In this document: positions 12,690 through 24,396 of the stretch, piece after piece
Position numbering within the stretch: position 1 is the stretch's first letter
How the letters are laid out: each line of letters begins with the position of its first letter
From: Tricharina praecox
Lineage: Eukaryota
Direction of reading: 5' to 3'
Length of the DNA stretch: 64,000 nucleotides
Assembly: GCF_024521635.1 (NCBI RefSeq)
Contig: NW_026250408.1
Coordinates: 310,001-374,000 of the forward strand
Translations under genes and position numbers: made by a program
Notes under the pieces: generated by a model
Seen by the model: the letters and a program-made list of their open reading frames with translations, nothing else
Databases searched by the model: none
What the model was told of the DNA's origin: nothing

Positions 12690-14480
12690 GTCTTCCTTCC
12701 GGACAGACTGTTTTCAGGCCTTATTAGGCTTTGAGGCCGAGAATCTCCTCGGCGAGTCGTGAAAAGAAGCAGTCGTGGTGACCCGAGGGTCTTTAAAACG
12801 AATGGTAGCAGCGCTGGTACGGGAACCCTTGCAAATACCAACGACATTCTGTGTGTTCACCGTTGTCAATGACTATCGTCAGGTATAGGGGAGATACCTG
12901 CGGGCAGGCTCCCGCGACGGGGTCAGCTGACTTTTGAGTACCTAGTGGTATTTACATCTCATGAAATTGAGAAGTGCCTTGAGAATCTTCGCGGGGGTAT
13001 CCTTGACGACCGCGAGCCTTTTCGTGATGTCAGTGATAGATTATGCCTCCTGTTTTGGCATTGACTTACAACTCGATGGTTGTGCGCTTGCCAGCGTGTT
13101 TCCGACCGGATGCTTCACGTTTGCAGTGTCAGTTACGGTAGATGTGTACCTGAACTTGCTCTCAAGCCTATCTGCACCTGGTAGAGACTTCAGAAATCTA
13201 GTAACAACTTGCTTCGGTGACAGGCGAGGGGACGCGAAGAAAGCATATCATCTCCGATACCCGAAGAAGCGGCAGCGACCGAGATGGTACTCACATATCA
13301 TGCGGGAGGAAGGATTGGACAGTGGGGCAGCCCAGTCGAAGCAATGTTCACGGAGACACGCGTATTCGTGACCTCTGGGTTCAAGCTGACATGCGAACAT
13401 TGAGAAACAGAACATGGGCATCGTGCGGGGTTTCTTCAGGACTAATAACTATCAAAGATTGAGATGGCAGAGTTGCCTGAGGGCGGATAACTATGCAAAA
13501 CTGAGATGGGGGTTTGTTGTTGTGTGGTATGGTTGTATGTAAGATGCAGGAAGAAACACAGGTAGATAGCTCCGTTCGGTTGGTTTTGAGCTCGCTCGAG
13601 CCCGTGACCCACCGTGCCAAGCTGCCGTACTGCCAAGCCATCCACAAACCAGTTCTCGTCACATGATACCGACACCACCGAGCCGCACACTTAATATTCC
13701 CAGTCACATGCTTCAGCCACCGCACGGGCGACATACAGCGCCACAATACACGGCATCCTCCGGCGTCAGCCCCATACTTGTCAATCTGCCATGTGGGTGC
13801 GTGTTTTCCAGTATTTTGTAGTGTGCTATTCACGCAGTGCGAAACTCGAATATCGTTCAGGTAATCATATCACAGCATCTTTTTGGTAAATTAGGGTGTG
13901 TAAAGTAGAGCGAGCGATCGGAGATAGATTATCGCCACCATGATTCCCGAGAATGGCCCACATCGTGAGTACATAAGATTCTTAAATCCATCTCCTTCTC
14001 TCACAAATTCTAGACTTTCCTATTCTGGCTGACGTCGGTGTCAGCACTTTACTCTTGACCGACATTAATGTTAACGCCTAGCGTGCCTTTTCGACATCGG
14101 CGTTACAGGCATCCTGGCTGTTACACAGGTACGCAAGCTTATGGCCGACGATTTCGGCGGTAAGCACTGCGACATTTGCGACGCAAAAGCTTGCGCCGAA
14201 ATGCTTCGGACTTCATGTTATACACAAACGCACCCTATGTCGGGCCATAGGTGATAGTATGAAGGGCTACGAAAGCACGGCTGTGCTCGTAACTAAGTAT
14301 AAAGGCCCCGTGGTTTCCGAGAGTTGAGACTCCTCATCAGTAGCAGTTTCAACATCAGCTCCATTAGTATCAACATCAAAACAAACACCTCCACCTTCAA
14401 CTATCGCAATTCATCTTCCTACTATTACTGCCATCTCCTCCACCACCACCAAAATCCCCACCCAAACCACACAATCAACA

Positions 14481-15353
14481 ATGTCCTCTCCCCTCGTATG
14501 GCTCATTACCGGCTCCACCTCCGGGTTCGGCAGTGAAATCGCCAAAGCCGCCTTGGCCCGTGGCGACCACGTAATCGCGACTGCCCGCAACCCCTCCAAG
14601 CCCGAGATGACCGAGCTCACCTCCCTGGGCGCCTCCTCGCTGGCCCTCGACATCACAAGCAGTGACTCGGTGATTGAGGACGTCGTTGCCTCCGCCGTCG
14701 CAATCCACGGACACATCGATATCCTTCTCAACAACGCGGCGTACATCCTCGAGGGAGCGGTCGAAGAGTGCTCTCAAGACGAGATCGCAGCCGTGTTCGA
14801 TACCAACGTCTTCGGCCAGCTGAGGATGCTGCGGGCGGTGTTGCCGTACATGCGGAAGGCGAAGAGCGGGGTGGTCGCCAATATGGGCAGTATCGCCGGC
14901 TGGGGAGGGACGGTGAATGGGTCGCTGTACTGTGCAAGCAAGTGTGCCCTGCTCGCCATCACGGAGGGAATGAAATCGGAAGTAGCGCACTTGGGCATCG
15001 ACGTAACGCTCATCGAGCCCGGTTACTTCAGGACCAACTTCCTCAGCGGTGGACATAAGGTTTCGCCGAAGAAGCACATCGCGGACCTGGATCTAGCGAC
15101 GAAGCCGATTAGGGATGTGCTGGCGGGCTTGGATCACAAGCAGCCCGGTGATCCGATCAAGGGCGCGAAGCTGATCGTCGAAGCTTTGACGAAGAGTGGG
15201 AGGTGTGAGGGACGAAAGATACTGCCGAGGCGCCTATTGCTGGGCAGTGATGCGATTGCGTACACCATGGGCAAGATGGAGGCGTGGCAGCAGGATATTG
15301 AGGAGTGGAAGGAGCTGTCTCTCACCACCGACCACGATGATGTTGCGAAGTAG
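14481..15353 (+). CDS. Classical short-chain dehydrogenase/reductase (intronless, 290 aa)
   Basis: WLITGSTSGFG Rossmann motif, NNAA, NVFG, catalytic S...YCASK, IEPGYFRT, QPGDP. TATA-like tataaa at ~14299. Confidence 0.95.
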   Translation: MSSPLVWLITGSTSGFGSEIAKAALARGDHVIATARNPSKPEMTELTSLGASSLALDITSSDSVIEDVVASAVAIHGHIDILLNNAAYILEGAVEECSQDEIAAVFDTNVFGQLRMLRAVLPYMRKAKSGVVANMGSIAGWGGTVNGSLYCASKCALLAITEGMKSEVAHLGIDVTLIEPGYFRTNFLSGGHKVSPKKHIADLDLATKPIRDVLAGLDHKQPGDPIKGAKLIVEALTKSGRCEGRKILPRRLLLGSDAIAYTMGKMEAWQQDIEEWKELSLTTDHDDVAK

Positions 15354-16609
15354 GAAAATGGCTTGATAGGTTGATTGGGTTTCATTTTCGTTTTGTAATA
15401 GTATGTAGCTGGAAAGATTTGGTTCGAGAATTCAGCTACCTGCATCTTTTAACGTGAGTGACAAACAGTGCTTCAACCTGAGATCCAGATACCACCACCG
15501 CCACACGACCGTCATCTACCTTCCAGTCATACACACCACGACTTCAACCACGGTTCCAACAACGACTCTTTCCATCAAAGCCTCCTCCCCTCTCCGCACC
15601 GCCGTCGCGCGCACCTGCACCTGCGAATCCTCGGTCTGTGGCCTAGAATGGCCCCTTCACCTTACACCACGCACAGCGGCACCTCGACGGATTCCGAGCC
15701 GAACCCACAGTCAATGCCACACCGGAACCTTCTCCACTCTTACCGATGAGAGCTAGCTTGACCGTGCGGATGCCTCTTGATATGTGGGGCGTTTCCCGGG
15801 TGCAAAAACGGACTCGGAGTCTTCAAAGCTACACGTACTGGTATCCCTCCGACCGTCACCCCGCCGAGTGCCAAAACGGCCTCATATCGAGTTCAACTCT
15901 CCGTCCAGAAGTCCAGATCCGAACGATGTCTACTCCTCTTGTTCACCAGCCAACCGTCCCACCGCCCCACCGCACATCTTACCCCGACCTCTACACCGCT
16001 CAGGGCCCGGTGAGGCGTTCTTCCCTGATCGCCACGACATAGTGACACGCGGCAGGCGGATGGACAGCACAGGACCAACGGATTATGGGCGCAAAAAGAT
16101 TTCGGTCTAAGGGATAGGACGAAGGGGGAGAAGAGGAGGATGTTGGTGTGGATGAGCTGGAGAAGGGGCTGGAGGACAGGGAAGGGAGGACGTATCTAGG
16201 TTCAAGTCAGCGACGGCGAGAAGGCTGAAGAGATGTCGGTGAGCGCAATCGAGGTCAAGACGGGGATTTTCGTCAGTCAGCCTTTTGCGCAGTGGCATAG
16301 CCATGGGATGATATGGCTTCTAGCTTCATGGATAGAAAGGATCGTATTAGATTACGAATCATCTAAGCTGTATCTGCACTACCGGTACTGTAAGCACTGC
16401 GTTTAAGGGATATGTGGGGATTTCATCCGACGAATAGATGTCTTGTCTTCCACTGAAACAATATTGCCGGGCAGCCAGAGAGTGCATCCGTCGATCTACA
16501 TCCGTAAACAGACTTTTTCGAACCCGCCACACAATACCCCTATGCTCGTAAAATTCAGCCCAAAATCGTTTACTCCAGTTCTCCAGCCTCGTAACCAACA
16601 GGCACATGG

Positions 16610-16890
16610 TAGAAACTTAACAAGATTTACCCAGGACATCCTCCATGCACTCGAAATCAAAGTAAAATGCATAAAGTAAAATGGTAAAGATGCGAGATGG
16701 GAAAGGTCCGTCACCCCGCAGTGGCATAACGATGGGATGACATGGCCTTCTGGCTTCATGGGCGGATATATAAATTCTCACAGAAAGGATCAACTTCACA
16801 AGATTTCCACCCATGACATCCGCGATTCACTCGAAATCAAAGTAAAATGCATCAAGTAAAATGGTAAAGACGTGAGATGGGAAAGGTCCG
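16610..16890. repeat. Degenerate tandem duplication, ~180-bp period
   Basis: 'cactcgaaatcaaagtaaaatgcat..agtaaaatggtaaaga..gagatgggaaaggtccg' at ~16648 and ~16828. Confidence 0.85.
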
Positions 16891-17043
16891 CCACACCCCA
16901 CATTATCCCTTCCCCATCCCACGTCTTTTCATGTAAATTCTAAAAGCCAGAAAAAAAAAGAAAAAAAAAGAAGAAAAAAGAAAAGAAAGAAAAGAAGAAA
17001 AAAAAACAGAAAAAAAGAAAGAAAGAAAAAAGCCCCAGTCAAC

Positions 17044-18759
17044 TTAAGGTTCGCCCTCGGCCTGGCGACGACGCATGTCGCGGTCAATACGCCTAAAGAA
17101 ACTCCCCTTTAATTTCCTAGGGGGACGGATGGCCGTGGCCCGGGCGTTCTCAGCCGGCAACGTGCTCCCAGCAGGCCCGACGGGGGATTTGTGCTTGGGA
17201 TTTCTTTCCCCATAGTACAAATAGACGGGTGCGCCAAACACCGTCGCCGACACTGCCGTGTCTTCCTCGTCCTTAACCACCCCTCCTCCACGGATAGACC
17301 GTGTATCTGCTTGAGGAGGAGGATCGTCACGTGCCCGGAGTCCATTGTCGCTGGGAGGCATGTCGTTGAAACGAGGCCCTTTGGGCTGCTGCGGGCGCTC
17401 GTCGTCAATGGCAGGATATGAGCGTTGCCGCTCCTTGGATTGGCATTCCAGATGGGCTTGGGAGGCATCGTCATCCATGAATTCTCCGCGTTTCGGGAGT
17501 CCATTGTCGCCGGGAGACATGTCGAGACGAGGCCTCTTGGACTGCTGCGGAAGCTCGTCGTCAATCGCAGCGTACGAGCGTTTGAGCTGGGCTTCCTGCT
17601 CCTTGGCTTGGTCGGCATTGCCGTCCACGTTGGTCATATGGTGTACCCCCGTTTTTGGGTCCTTCGACGCATTTTGCTTGCGTTGGCGGAGGCCGGAAAC
17701 ACATCTGTCCGAGATGCTGAGATGCACGTGCAGTGACACCCAGTCGCCGCGGAAGTCGCAGCAACGGCACTGAAGCTGATGTCCGATATCGAGGTGCGAT
17801 TGAAAGAATTCCTTGGAATCCGAGACTGTTGATCCACAGGTGCATGACATATTACACCCTTGCGACTCCTTCAGATGCGAGTGGAGCGTGTGGCCATTGC
17901 CGCCCTTGAACTCATCACCGCAGGCCAGAAAGCTGCGAACGAGCAAAAGACGGTTGATGGTGGCGGATCTTGTTGGTTCGTCGGAACCGTGTGAAGTTAT
18001 CTTCCGATGTAGTCGGCGATTGTGGAGGGCGGATGCGACCTGGTCCATGACTAAGTGAGGGACCTCAAGCTTGTTCTTCTCCTTTTCGTATCCCCAATAC
18101 TCGCAGCACTCGCGCCAGTATCCGAGGTATTCGCGGTGTTCGAGACGCATTCTGATGACGGTGACCCCGGCCGATTCCCACTCATGCCAGAAGAGTCCCT
18201 CGATCTCGTCGCTGTAGGGATGAAAGTAGGTGAAACCTGAAGTAGAAGATTCGTACTTCGAGAGGACCAAGTAGAGGAATGAAGACTCCTCATCCGTGGA
18301 AAAGGCTATGAGCGCGCTGTCCTGTTCATCGTGCCGAGAAACCAGCCAGTCCGAACGTGACTCCTGATGCTTCTTCAATTCGTATCTAGGGTCGCTTGGA
18401 TGGATAGAGGTGAAGCCCAGGGAGATGGAACTGCGGTGCTCCGCTGTATTTTCGGCCGTCCACCGAAGGTAGGCTGCGGCGGATATCAGAATGAACTGTC
18501 GTACTGACGAAGGCGGGGATGAAACATGCCTGAAATTCCGTCGCCGTTCTCGGATGTGTTGAAGACCCGCCACTTGCGGGCCTCGGTGTCCATGATTGAC
18601 ACCTCTGTTACGTTGCAAGTCATGCTCATGGTTTCTGATGTCTTTTCCATCTGGAAGGAGACATCGCCCGGCTGGACATTTTGTCTGTGGCCTGTTAGTC
18701 TTTGTTCTGGTCGCGTAGATAGTGGGTTGAGATTGGAAGTGAACGCACCCAAATGTCAT
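17044..18759 (-). CDS. Orphan protein: unknown N-terminal domain, ~3 C2H2/C2HC-like zinc fingers and a low-complexity tail
   Basis: Model: ATG 18759, micro-exon, GTGCGT intron, exon in the 18486-18752 frame, GC-AG intron 18529-18474, then the 571-aa frame. Motifs CGDEF...HSHLKESQGC, CTCG...SHLDIGH, CRCC...HVHLSISDRC. Repeated AIDDExPQQ unit. Paralogue at 44071-45330. Confidence 0.65.
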   Translation of the reverse strand: MTFGCVHFQSQPTIYATRTKTNRPQTKCPAGRCLLPDGKDIRNHEHDLQRNRGVNHGHRGPQVAGLQHIRERRRNFRHVSSPPSSVRQFILISAAAYLRWTAENTAEHRSSISLGFTSIHPSDPRYELKKHQESRSDWLVSRHDEQDSALIAFSTDEESSFLYLVLSKYESSTSGFTYFHPYSDEIEGLFWHEWESAGVTVIRMRLEHREYLGYWRECCEYWGYEKEKNKLEVPHLVMDQVASALHNRRLHRKITSHGSDEPTRSATINRLLLVRSFLACGDEFKGGNGHTLHSHLKESQGCNMSCTCGSTVSDSKEFFQSHLDIGHQLQCRCCDFRGDWVSLHVHLSISDRCVSGLRQRKQNASKDPKTGVHHMTNVDGNADQAKEQEAQLKRSYAAIDDELPQQSKRPRLDMSPGDNGLPKRGEFMDDDASQAHLECQSKERQRSYPAIDDERPQQPKGPRFNDMPPSDNGLRARDDPPPQADTRSIRGGGVVKDEEDTAVSATVFGAPVYLYYGERNPKHKSPVGPAGSTLPAENARATAIRPPRKLKGSFFRRIDRDMRRRQAEGEP

Positions 18760-19018
18760 GATTGAGTTGTGTCGGTTTTGGAATTGTATGGAGGGTCGTT
18801 GGTGATGAGTAATTGTCGAAGTGGAAGCAGTGGTGGAAGGATGCTGAGCAGTGGTGGAAGGATGCTGAGCAGTTATCGAAGTGGCTTAGAGGAAGGAGGT
18901 TGTAGGTGGGAGAAGACAGAACTATAAATATAGAGAGACTTCGTGGAATTTTTTTGTGTTGTCGCTAGTGTGAGGCAGCACAGATCACTCACACGAGGTC
19001 ACTCGCACATCGTACCTA

Positions 19019-19328
19019 GTGCAAACTTCTCATAAAGAGTCACTCCACAATCCCACGACAGGTAGGATGATTGAATCAGAACAGCATTCTACAATATGGC
19101 AAGAGTAGATTTATCTCTTTCTGGTTTTATTTACTTAAGGTGCTCCACATGTATTTTTGGGGATGCTATAGCCGCATCGTAGCGAGTACAAACTTCTCAT
19201 AAGAAGTCACTCGACAATCCCACGATAGGTAGGATGATTGAATCAGAATAACAATCTACGATATTTGAGGAGCAAATTTATCTCTCTGGCTTCATCTACT
19301 TAGCGTGCTCTACATGTATTTTTGGGGA
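19019..19328. repeat. Tandem duplication, ~167-bp period
   Basis: 'caaacttctcataa...gtcact...aatcccacga.aggtaggatgattgaatcagaa...catgtatttttgggga' occurs twice. Confidence 0.85.
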
Positions 19329-20065
19329 AGCGATGTAGGGAAAGCTATGTGACCGCTCCGCATGACAGGAGTCAGTCGGAGTTTGTAGTTGATCCAGATA
19401 CATGGAACGCACGCAACCAACAATCATATATATATAAAAAAACCCTAAAATCCGTTCATACATTCTGAGCCATAGTCAGGTACCTATGTCGCAAGTAATC
19501 ATCCCTCCTCTGTGCATCGTGACCAGCTCCATTGAATTTGTCCAGGTGGCTAGTCCCAATACAGTGACACACTAGCCGGCTGCAGCGAAATGAGTGATAT
19601 ACAGCGACACTACGAGTATGTGGAGCGCAAACGCAGAACTTACGGCGAAACGGAGGTGATCACAACTTGCAGTTGAAATCCTCCATACTTCACGCCTACT
19701 GGCCGATCAGAGTAAGACGTCGTTGGCTGCGATGAGGTTTTCTATTACATGAAGCCATAGAATGGAAAATAAGGATTACGGATACACATTGGATGAATCC
19801 GTGATCACTGTTCACTCCCCCGCGATGAGAAGAAACACTTTTCAATCGGAAGCAAGAGATCGATTCTTTCGATAAAGAAACATCATTACCAGGCCTTCGC
19901 GCGGATGCAGATACGGGCTAGAGAACGGAGAAGAGACAGAAAATGAAACACAACAGTAAACATAAACCAATTGCAAACAGATATCTCGAAAGCGACCGCC
20001 ATAATGAACACGAGGGAATCGATAAGAAAGCCACCAAAATCTCGGCGTACCCCGAGAGACTACCT

Positions 20066-20791
20066 TCAACGACTCTGGTATCTCTGGAATGCAGTCGTAC
20101 CATAGTTCAGTGCGATTTCCTGGGGTGTGAAGTTCTCAACATGACCGTGTAGGGCCGACAACTGCACCAGATCGTTGCCATCCGCTGCTCGACGGGGTGC
20201 CTGTTCTTCACGCCTCAACTGTGCCAGTCGTTCGCGCCACCTGTGGTCCGCCACCTCGGGGGTCAAGTACCTCCGAAATTCCCGATCGAACCGCTTCTTC
20301 TCGGCGTCCTCTCGCTCTCTCGCACGAGCGTTCGCGGTGTCTTCACGCGCGATCCTGGCCATCATAGCCAGGGACTTGTCCTCATCATCGCGTATCGCCC
20401 TAATCCGCGCCTGTAGTTGCTTGTCCTGCTCGCGCTTCTTCCGTATCACTTCCTGCTTCCGCATCTGCTCGTCTTGCCGTCTTACCGCGTCCCGGAGGCT
20501 CTCCTCTTCCGCGAGCCTCCTCCGATAGTCGTCGACAGTCTGCCACCCCGGAGGTCTCTGCTCGATCGGCGGACGGGGTGGGTATAGAGGCGGTGGTGCA
20601 AACACGGGGACTGGCGGCCGATACATGCGTAGTTGAAGGATGCAGTTGTCGCACGTGCCCATCTCGTTGCGCACGAGGCGGGGCTGGCACGCCGCGAACG
20701 GCAGCATGCAGTGGGTTCCGTGGACGGCACGTCCGACCAGAGTGCTCAGGCAGTGCGGGCACCTGAGGGTGACTTCTACGCAGTCCGTCAT
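20066..20791 (-). CDS. Hypothetical protein: Cys/His-rich N-terminus (CPHC...HC...C...CDNC), Pro-rich linker, charged coiled coil
   Basis: 241-aa ORF with coding-like composition and a pyrimidine-rich leader. The 3' end could be spliced. Confidence 0.6.
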   Translation of the reverse strand: MTDCVEVTLRCPHCLSTLVGRAVHGTHCMLPFAACQPRLVRNEMGTCDNCILQLRMYRPPVPVFAPPPLYPPRPPIEQRPPGWQTVDDYRRRLAEEESLRDAVRRQDEQMRKQEVIRKKREQDKQLQARIRAIRDDEDKSLAMMARIAREDTANARAREREDAEKKRFDREFRRYLTPEVADHRWRERLAQLRREEQAPRRAADGNDLVQLSALHGHVENFTPQEIALNYGTTAFQRYQSR

Positions 20792-22095
20792 CGTGCGTTT
20801 GTAAATATTAGGGATGGGTTCGAAGATATGGATGATAGGAGAGATCGAAGGGATATGATGATATGGATGAGTACAAAGTGATGGAGAAGAGGAAGAGGAC
20901 GAACTCGGTGGTGTATGTACTTTGCCCTTAATAAAGCAATGTGGGGGTTCCCTACTTCACGCCGACGACGCTGGATACTTTCTATTGAGCCGATATTAGG
21001 TTCGGCGATGTAGCACAGCACAGCCCCGCGACGGGAGCTGTATCCGTTTGTATGGCTGTTCTTTGCCTACAGGCCGGTGTTTGCCGGATGTTTGTGGTTG
21101 AGAAGCCACTGCTAGTACAAACAATGTATCTCTCATCATCAGGTTTCGATATATCGGCTGCGTTTGCATGGTTGGTGTTTGTTTTGTTATGGTTCTCGCC
21201 GGATACAGACGGTACAGACGTCGGGGAAGGTGGTTGGACGGTACCGATGGATGGCCATCGTTTCGATTCCTGTGACATCCGCTCTTCGTTCAATGATGGG
21301 TGGTCACTTCAGTGACTTCACCGTCGACACGAGAGACCACCTGCGGCGGAGCCTTGATAAACATCCTCGTCGATGGCGCTGGCTGGCTACGTGCCAGCCC
21401 TGCCTAGCCGCTCGCGGCTGGGCGAGGCTTGCCTCGCAACAGTTTGGCTAGACGGTGGTTGGAACCGGCGGAAACAATTCTCATCTAAGAAGTAATCTCG
21501 TATATGAAGAGATTAATTTTGGCCATGCAAGCAATCAAATTTCTATCCCCAACCATCTACATACCGTATCCTTCCTCTCACAGCCTCGTCGACATCCCCT
21601 ACCATCTGCCATATCCATCCTCTTCGATCCAATGGCCTCGTCGACGGGGGTGACTGGCTGCCAGCCCAAGCCAGCCCAGGCCAGCCCTAGCTGGCCATTA
21701 GCGGCTGATTGTGGAGTACCTTGCTAACTGTGAACTTCTATCCCAACCATGGATATCCTTCCTCTTAAATCCAACTTCTTCGATGGGGTTAGCCATCTAC
21801 CAGCCAACATCGCCCAGCCGTTGTCGGCTGGGCGAGGCTTGCCTCGCAACAGCTTGACTACACGGTAATCGGAAGTGGTGAGGACAGTTCTCATCTTATG
21901 TAACGTTTCGTTCCCAGCAGACTTTCACATGCTCACTGACTGATTACTAAAGACAAGTGGACTAGACTCGGAAACTAGCACGCGTGTGTCACTAAGCTCA
22001 CGACCATGCAAACTCTGCACACCAGCATACAATCACTAAATATCACTTGCTACCAAAGCGCCAACCCTCAAAACTTCAAAAAGAGTTGTTGATTG

Positions 22096-22167
22096 AGCCC
22101 GACGTGGGACTCGAACCCACAGCCTCAAGATTAGAAGTCTTGCGCGCTACCATTGCGCCAGCCAGGC
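22096..22167 (-). tRNA. tRNA-Arg (anticodon TCT), intronless
   Basis: GCCTGGC TG GCGC AATGGTA GCGC G CAAGA CT TCT AA TCTTG AGGCT GTGGG TTCGAGT CCCAC GTCGGGC T forms a full cloverleaf. T5 terminator lies ~14 nt downstream (22078-22082). Confidence 0.96.
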
Positions 22168-22325
22168 CATTTGATGGTTTGAATAGAACTAGGTCAAATA
22201 CATTGAGAAGGTATCTGCAGCACTCAAGAGTAGAAGTCCTGCACGGAGCACCTGACATGTATGGGTGGTAGTAGAGTTGAGGCAGATGACTTCAAAGGTT
22301 AAAAGCCTACATGTAGTACAGTATG

Positions 22326-22601
22326 TGTCACGGCTCGCAACGGAATGAGGAAGAAAGGGCAGGCGCAACGATTGGAAGAGTCGTGTAACGGCACGGTCGG
22401 GCAAGGCTCCAGGTAGCAAAGTCGGGCTGGGGATCGGGTTCTGGGTTCGGTAGAGGCAAGACGGGTTCAGGGGACAAGGTGAGGCAGGTGTAACGGCACG
22501 GTCGGGCAAGGCTCCAGGTAGCGAAGTCGGGCTGGGGATCGGGTTCTGGGTTTGGTAGGGGCAAGACGGGTACAGGAGACAAGGTGAGGCAGGGCTCAGT
22601 G
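22326..22601. repeat. Three abutting family-A LTR fragments: 22326-22383 (+, 5' end), 22384-22488 (-, 3' end), 22489-22601 (-, 3' end)
   Basis: Each starts with an exact LTR terminus (TGTCACGG or TGTAACGG) and is cut off by the next. Confidence 0.85.
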
Positions 22602-23199
22602 TGTCACGGCTTGCGATGGAATGACGAAGGGAGGGTCGGCACAAGGATCGGGAGAGTTGGGGGGCAGTGCAGAGGCAGTGCACCGGCAGTGCAAGGATGA
22701 GTCGCAGAGGATTTGGGGCTGTGTGCAGGGAGCAGGGATAGCGCAGCAATGAGTCGCAGGAGATTGGGGCTGTGTGCAGGAAACAGGGGTAGTGCGGCTG
22801 CGCAGGGTATGAGTCACGGAAGTGGGGTACTGGCAAGGTGGATTTCTCAGGGTCTGGCACACGCCCACGGTCATTGTCAGGTTGCGGGAAGAAGTGGAGG
22901 ATTTTCTATATAAACGGGCCGTTGCCCCTCTGTATTTAGTTCTTCACGCAACAACTTGTTAATTCAACCACTGTTACCTCTGTCCTTGCCTCGGCTGCCG
23001 TCTGCGCCGTAGTCCTTGTGCCTGCCTCTGTTCTCAGTTGCCGTCTGCACTGAGCCCTGCCTCACCTTGTTCCCCGAACCCGTCTCGCCTCGACCGAACC
23101 CAGAACCCGTTCCCCAGCCCGACTTCGCTACCTGGAGCCTTGCCCGACCGTGCCGTTACACTTTGTTGCGTCCCCTATCTCTCCACCTAGCGAACTACC

Positions 23200-24396
23200 A
23201 TGGCCACCAACACTCAGGTACCCGACGTCCCCCAGCAGGACGAAGTACCAGTGGCACCCCCCTTCTACCGAGAAATTCCCGCCGCCATCTACGAACAACT
23301 CGAAATCATCGTCAATCATGATGTACCCGCCGATGATGCAACCCTGATGGGGTTGTACAATGAATTCAGAATCCTCGCCCGCGCAATCACCCAGTCCCCA
23401 ATAGCCGTACCGACCTGGCGATTCGACGACCTCGAAGAACAACTTGCCGACGCCCGCCGCATCGCCAACCGCCTCGCAACCGTCGAAACCCAACCTCAAA
23501 GCCGCGCTGAGCGTGTCCCAGAGCCAGCCATGTTCGACGGAACACGCGAGAAACTGGAAGGGTTCGTTGCGCAACTTCGACTCAAGCTGTACAGCGACCC
23601 AGCCCGTTTCCCAACTCCAGCACTCCGAATGGCCTATGCCTTCAACCGCTTGGAAGGCCGCGCCCAAGCCCAGATCCTGCCGTACATCGAGAATCACAAC
23701 ATCACCCTCACCAACGCTGATGCGATCATCACACTCCTGAACAACGCATTTGGTGACCCTGACCCAGCGGCCACCGCTCGAGCCAAGCTACACCACCTGA
23801 AACAAGGCAATAAGGAGTTCACCTCCTACTTTGCGGAATTCCAGATGCTTGTCTCCAAGCTCAATTGGGACGAGCATGCGAAACTTGACGCGCTGCGAGA
23901 GGGAGTATCCATCGAACTCCACCGGCAACTTGTGGGCCGTACTCAGGGCCTCAACTACGATGAGTTTGTGGCCCTCTGTCAACGCCTTGACTCCGAGCTG
24001 CGTGCCCTCCAACTTCGTGAGGGACGTCGCACCACCAACCCCCCTCGGCAGAGTAGCGCCCCACACCCAACGGCGCCGCTCAGGCACACCACCCACAACA
24101 CCATGCCCGCGACGACCACTGCCACAGGAACGGCCCCCGGAGCCATGGACTTGAGTGCCAACAGCCGCAGGATCCCAGACCAAGAGCGTGCTGCCCGGCT
24201 CCGCGAAGGCCGCTGCCTGTACTGTGGGGGAAGTGGCCACATGGCCAGGCACTGCCCCAACAAGAACCGAAATCCGTTCCGAGCAGCCGTTGCCCGGCTG
24301 GAGTCAGCCCAGCCCACCAACACCACCCCGACTCACACCTATCACAACTGCAACCAGGATTGCGGCGAGACCTCCCAGCAGTCGGGAAAAGCCTAG
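23200..24396 (+). CDS. gag: Gag (retrotransposon capsid + CCHC zinc knuckle), family A
   Basis: PEPAMFDG, LKQGNK...YFAEF, GAMDLS, CLYCGGSGHMARHC. Confidence 0.95.
   Translation: MATNTQVPDVPQQDEVPVAPPFYREIPAAIYEQLEIIVNHDVPADDATLMGLYNEFRILARAITQSPIAVPTWRFDDLEEQLADARRIANRLATVETQPQSRAERVPEPAMFDGTREKLEGFVAQLRLKLYSDPARFPTPALRMAYAFNRLEGRAQAQILPYIENHNITLTNADAIITLLNNAFGDPDPAATARAKLHHLKQGNKEFTSYFAEFQMLVSKLNWDEHAKLDALREGVSIELHRQLVGRTQGLNYDEFVALCQRLDSELRALQLREGRRTTNPPRQSSAPHPTAPLRHTTHNTMPATTTATGTAPGAMDLSANSRRIPDQERAARLREGRCLYCGGSGHMARHCPNKNRNPFRAAVARLESAQPTNTTPTHTYHNCNQDCGETSQQSGKA

Noticed and set aside
12690..13380. Possible pseudogene exons or structured RNA right of the inverted duplicate
   Set aside because: Short frames with stops, no recognisable domain or RNA family signature.
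22189..22913. ORFs such as MPDPEKSTLP... and MTVGVCQTL... recurring several times
   Set aside because: They are translations of family-A LTR copies, not independent genes.
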